A stretch of 64,000 nt of DNA, taken from assembly GCA_951406725.2 (NCBI GenBank), contig OX597826.1, positions 22,444,001 through 22,508,000 on the forward strand, in the 5' to 3' direction. Each line of letters starts with the position of its first letter. Position 1 is the first letter of the stretch. Under the pieces are notes generated by a model. That model made no database searches and was not told the DNA's origin. It was given only the letters and a program-made list of their open reading frames with translations. Source of the stretch: Octopus vulgaris (taxonomy: Eukaryota). This document shows, piece after piece, positions 60,852-64,000 of the stretch. The translations under genes were made by a program, and so were the position numbers.

Positions 60852-61932
60852 CCCTTTCGTTACCAAACCGCCCAAAGCCGCCTGAAAAAAATTTTGGTTA
60901 ATGTGACCAAACTGCCCAAACCCGCCTGTATTTACCTATTCATATTTAAATGAGAATATCAGAGCAAATCTCTTTAGTACATTCGTGAAAACACGTGATT
61001 ATACTTCGTAAACAGTTCATCTACAGTTTTGTACAACGATCGAAGTGTAATTTTAATTCCGTGAATTTTGGGAGATTTTTTTCCAAAATTTGTTCCTATT
61101 GTGTTTTCAAAATTTGTAATTCTGACAAAATATGGATACGAATTTCATTATATCAAGCAGTGAGTCAGAATTCGAAGGATTTTCTACTGAAGTCCTTCAT
61201 AAATCTAACTCTATGACTGAAAAAAAAAAGCACGTGGTATTTGATAATGAATCTGATGTTTCATTTTCCAAAAGTGAAAACAGTGAATCTGAGAGCTCCG
61301 ACAGTGATAAAGAAAATTAATTGGCACCTGAATGGAGTGAAAATTTAAAAACTGTTTCTTTCGGTGATTTTTCTGAAGAAACTGGACCAAGCCACAGACT
61401 TTCCCAGGAGAGTAAAGTGATAGACTATTTCTTTTTACTTTTTCCGATGAGTCTATTTGAACTCATTACGGCGGAAACGAACTGTTACGCTAAATGTAAA
61501 CAAAGCAAAAGAAAGGATTGTTAGTGGTTTCCCACAACCTTAAATGAAATTAAGACTATTTTGCCATAAATATTATTATGGGTATCAGAAAGTTACCCAG
61601 AATAACAAATTCTATCATAAAATTTTGTTGTATACCCAATTGAATATTAGCTAATAACCCATTTTCTATAGCGATGTTTGAACAAAATTTTAATAATTTT
61701 ATATTTTGTTGAATTTACCTGTATCTACCTGCAATTAGAGTCACTTTGTGACAAAAATTATAGTATAGAATTGGTTGAGAACATTTCATTAAATTATCGT
61801 CCAAAAATCACATTAATATATTGATAAATAAAAAAGTTATAGTTGTTTAAAGAAACCAGACTAAATTTATGATTATGTTAGAAATTAATTGAAACACATA
61901 GTATTTTGGTCAGAAATATAGTAACGAAAGGG
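60852..61932 (+). mobile_element. piggyBac internal-deletion derivative with TTAA TSDs
   Basis: TTAA-ccctttcgttac ... gtaacgaaaggg-TTAA; N-terminal transposase fragments (acidic SESEFEGF, DYFFLLFP..LFELITAETN.YA, W.PTT..EIK, IIMGIRKLP). Confidence 0.95.
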
Positions 61933-62125
61933 TTAAATATATTTGCTTATTTATTTAACTATTATCTTTAACCTGAAGATTGACTATAACCATAATTCGA
62001 ATTAGGTTATGGGCATGAAACGTACATAGTGTTTTTACTTTTTATTTTATATTAAACTTTTTAATACTTTTTGATAGTTATATATATTTAATAAAAAAAA
62101 AAATTTTTTTTTAAATTTATAAATA

Positions 62126-62392
62126 TCTTTATATATAAAAGTGAGGTTGTGTGCTATCTGTCTCCTACGATTTAGATTCCTAACTACTCCCACATTTTGC
62201 GATGCAGTTTAACCCAAACCGGGTATCTTATAGTCGTGATTCATATCGAGCCCTTCTGGGTATTAGCTACAGTACCCCCCCCCCCCCTTTGTGGTTAGCC
62301 ATATTGAGATGGCTATTATACTTTACATCTCTAAAAATGCTTATATAGTTATTTCCCTTACAAACCCGAGCAACGCCGGGCGATACTGCTAG
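62126..62392 (+). mobile_element. Non-autonomous Helitron, family A (short)
   Basis: A|TCTTTATATATAAAAG ... cccgagcaacgccgggcgatactgCTAG|T. Confidence 0.92.
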
Positions 62393-62541
62393 TAAATTAA
62401 TAATTTTAATTTTAAATTTAAATAATTTTAATTTTTTAATTTTATATTTTATATATTTTGTATATTATATTAATTATTTTTATTTTTATGTTTTGGTTTA
62501 TGTTTTTCACTGTTTGATTTGCCTAATAGTGGTTTTATCTC

Positions 62542-63602
62542 TATCCTGTTATTAACCATTCTTGTTTTAATTTTATTTTTGTTTTCGTTTTTTGTATTTA
62601 TATTCGTCCCTGTTGCGTTTACATTCGTTCCTTTTTTCCAAGAAATCTAATGCTCACAGCTTAGTTTTTCCTTGGGGCTGGCTGCGTTGGAGCAAATATC
62701 AGAATTAATCAGCTGAAATTTGCTATGATGATCCGGTTTCTGACCGAAGATTAAAGGCTTCGAATGACCCGTCTGTTTTCTGTGTTCGTCCCTTTGTGTA
62801 TTTCACGTTCTTGTTTCTTTATATATAATTTTTATTCCTATATTATTGCGGCGTACGTACACCTCGTTCCCTTATGTATGTTTACATTTTATCCATTTGT
62901 ACGACTTCTAAATACTTTCTCTATACCTCACTTCTGTCTTTCTCTTTCTTGCCTTCGCTATGCGCCATTGCTTCTTTGCTAAGCTATTTTGGCGCTCTGT
63001 CTCTTCCCCCCTCTTCCTTCCATCCTCTTTAATTCCTTCTTTCTCTCTCTCTCTTATTCTCACGTGACCTGGTCAATCCTCGGCGCCCTCTGTCTTCCAC
63101 CCTCTTTAATTCCTTCTCTCTCTGTCTCTCTTTCTCTCTCTCTACCCTCTTGTGACCTGCTGTTTAACAAGCCATTTCGTTGGTGACCGCAGCCCGCTCA
63201 ACATCGTTCCCCCTCTGCCGAAAAGGCAATTTTTTCCAAACACGCCTGCTAGATAAGTTATATTTGTCTCATTTTGTCTAAAGTCGCAAGACACTTGCTG
63301 TTATCCTGTTATTAACCATTCTTGTTTTAATTTTATTTTTGTTTTCGTTTTTTGTATTTATATTCGTCCCTGTTGCGTTTACATTCGTTCCTTTTTCCAA
63401 GAAATCTAATGCTCACAGCTTAGTTTTTCCTTGGGTCTGGCCGCGTTGGAGCAAATATCAGAATTAATCAGCCGAAATTTGCTATGATCATCCGGTTTCT
63501 GACTGAAGATTAAAGGCTTCGAATGACCCGTCTGTTTTCTGTGTTCGTCCCTTTGTGTATTTCACGTTCTTGTTTCTTTATATATAATTTTTATTCCTAT
63601 AT
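62542..63602. repeat. About 300-bp direct repeats flanking a 460-bp pyrimidine-rich spacer
   Basis: 62542-62843 and 63302-63602 are near-identical. Confidence 0.9.
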
Positions 63603-63607
63603 ATATA

Positions 63608-63905
63608 CAGGGTGTTTCAAAATATTTGATTTTGAGATGTAATGTTGAGCAACATAAGATTTATTCTTCCAAATTTGAATGAGAAATTCAAAGGTTTGTG
63701 GATTCCATGAATGATTTCACAAATGTTCAATATGCACACCGCCTGAGACACAGCACATGTCAAGTTGGTAGTCCAGCTCCACCTAAACATGCTGCAGCAT
63801 GTCTTGGGTAACAATCTCCAGTGTGGTAGTGATTCCCTACTCGAGTTCCTCTAGGTTTGCAGGAAGAGTGGAGAGGACATAGACCAGGCCCTTCACATAG
63901 CCCTG
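63608..63905 (-). mobile_element. Tc1/mariner-superfamily 3' end fragment
   Basis: TA-cagggtgtttcaaaa TIR; reverse translation LVYV.PL..NLEEL......VTQDMLQHV..ELDYQLD.C...GG.HIEHL* is a typical transposase C-terminus. Confidence 0.85.
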
Positions 63906-64000
63906 TATAGTTTCAAGAAGAAATGAGGCTGAAGAAGAGAGACAACAGCATTTGATTACTGATAGAAACAGGTGTCAAAATTTAAGACAACATGAGATTT

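Noticed and set aside
58490-64000. Upstream DCAF17 exons or promoter
   Set aside because: No exon with suitable splice sites and DCAF17-like sequence was found by eye; they probably lie outside the window.

Overview
AT-rich, microsatellite-dense animal genomic DNA. The RTE LINE, tRNA-SINE and microsatellite landscape points to an octopus (coleoid cephalopod); this is an inference. The host gene is on the minus strand. I reconstructed by hand ten GT-AG exons (58487 down to the stop at 11043; 1045 nt, about 347 aa, every splice phase compatible). They encode the central and C-terminal part of a DCAF17 orthologue (DDB1-CUL4-associated factor 17); the 5' exons are probably right of the window. 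Introns and flank hold mostly decayed transposable elements: RTE LINEs in both orientations, Gypsy and Copia relics, a Dong/R4-like LINE, several mariner/Tc1/pogo copies, a piggyBac deletion derivative, a hAT MITE, at least three non-autonomous Helitron families, foldback MITEs and tRNA-derived SINEs. Most long ORFs in the track are microsatellite artefacts or TE fragments. The most interesting items are: (i) a duplicated DCAF17 splice acceptor inside a perfect 57-bp inverted repeat that could form competing RNA stems; (ii) a 1.5-kb block repeated 52 kb away that looks like a composite Helitron carrying a mariner fragment; (iii) inverted RTE pairs bracketing frame-preserving exon blocks (ADAR/circRNA substrates); (iv) an 810-bp foldback with telomeric repeats; and (v) a 300-bp direct-repeat, retrozyme/Penelope-like unit. 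No prokaryotic-type system, CRISPR array, rRNA or true tRNA gene was found.
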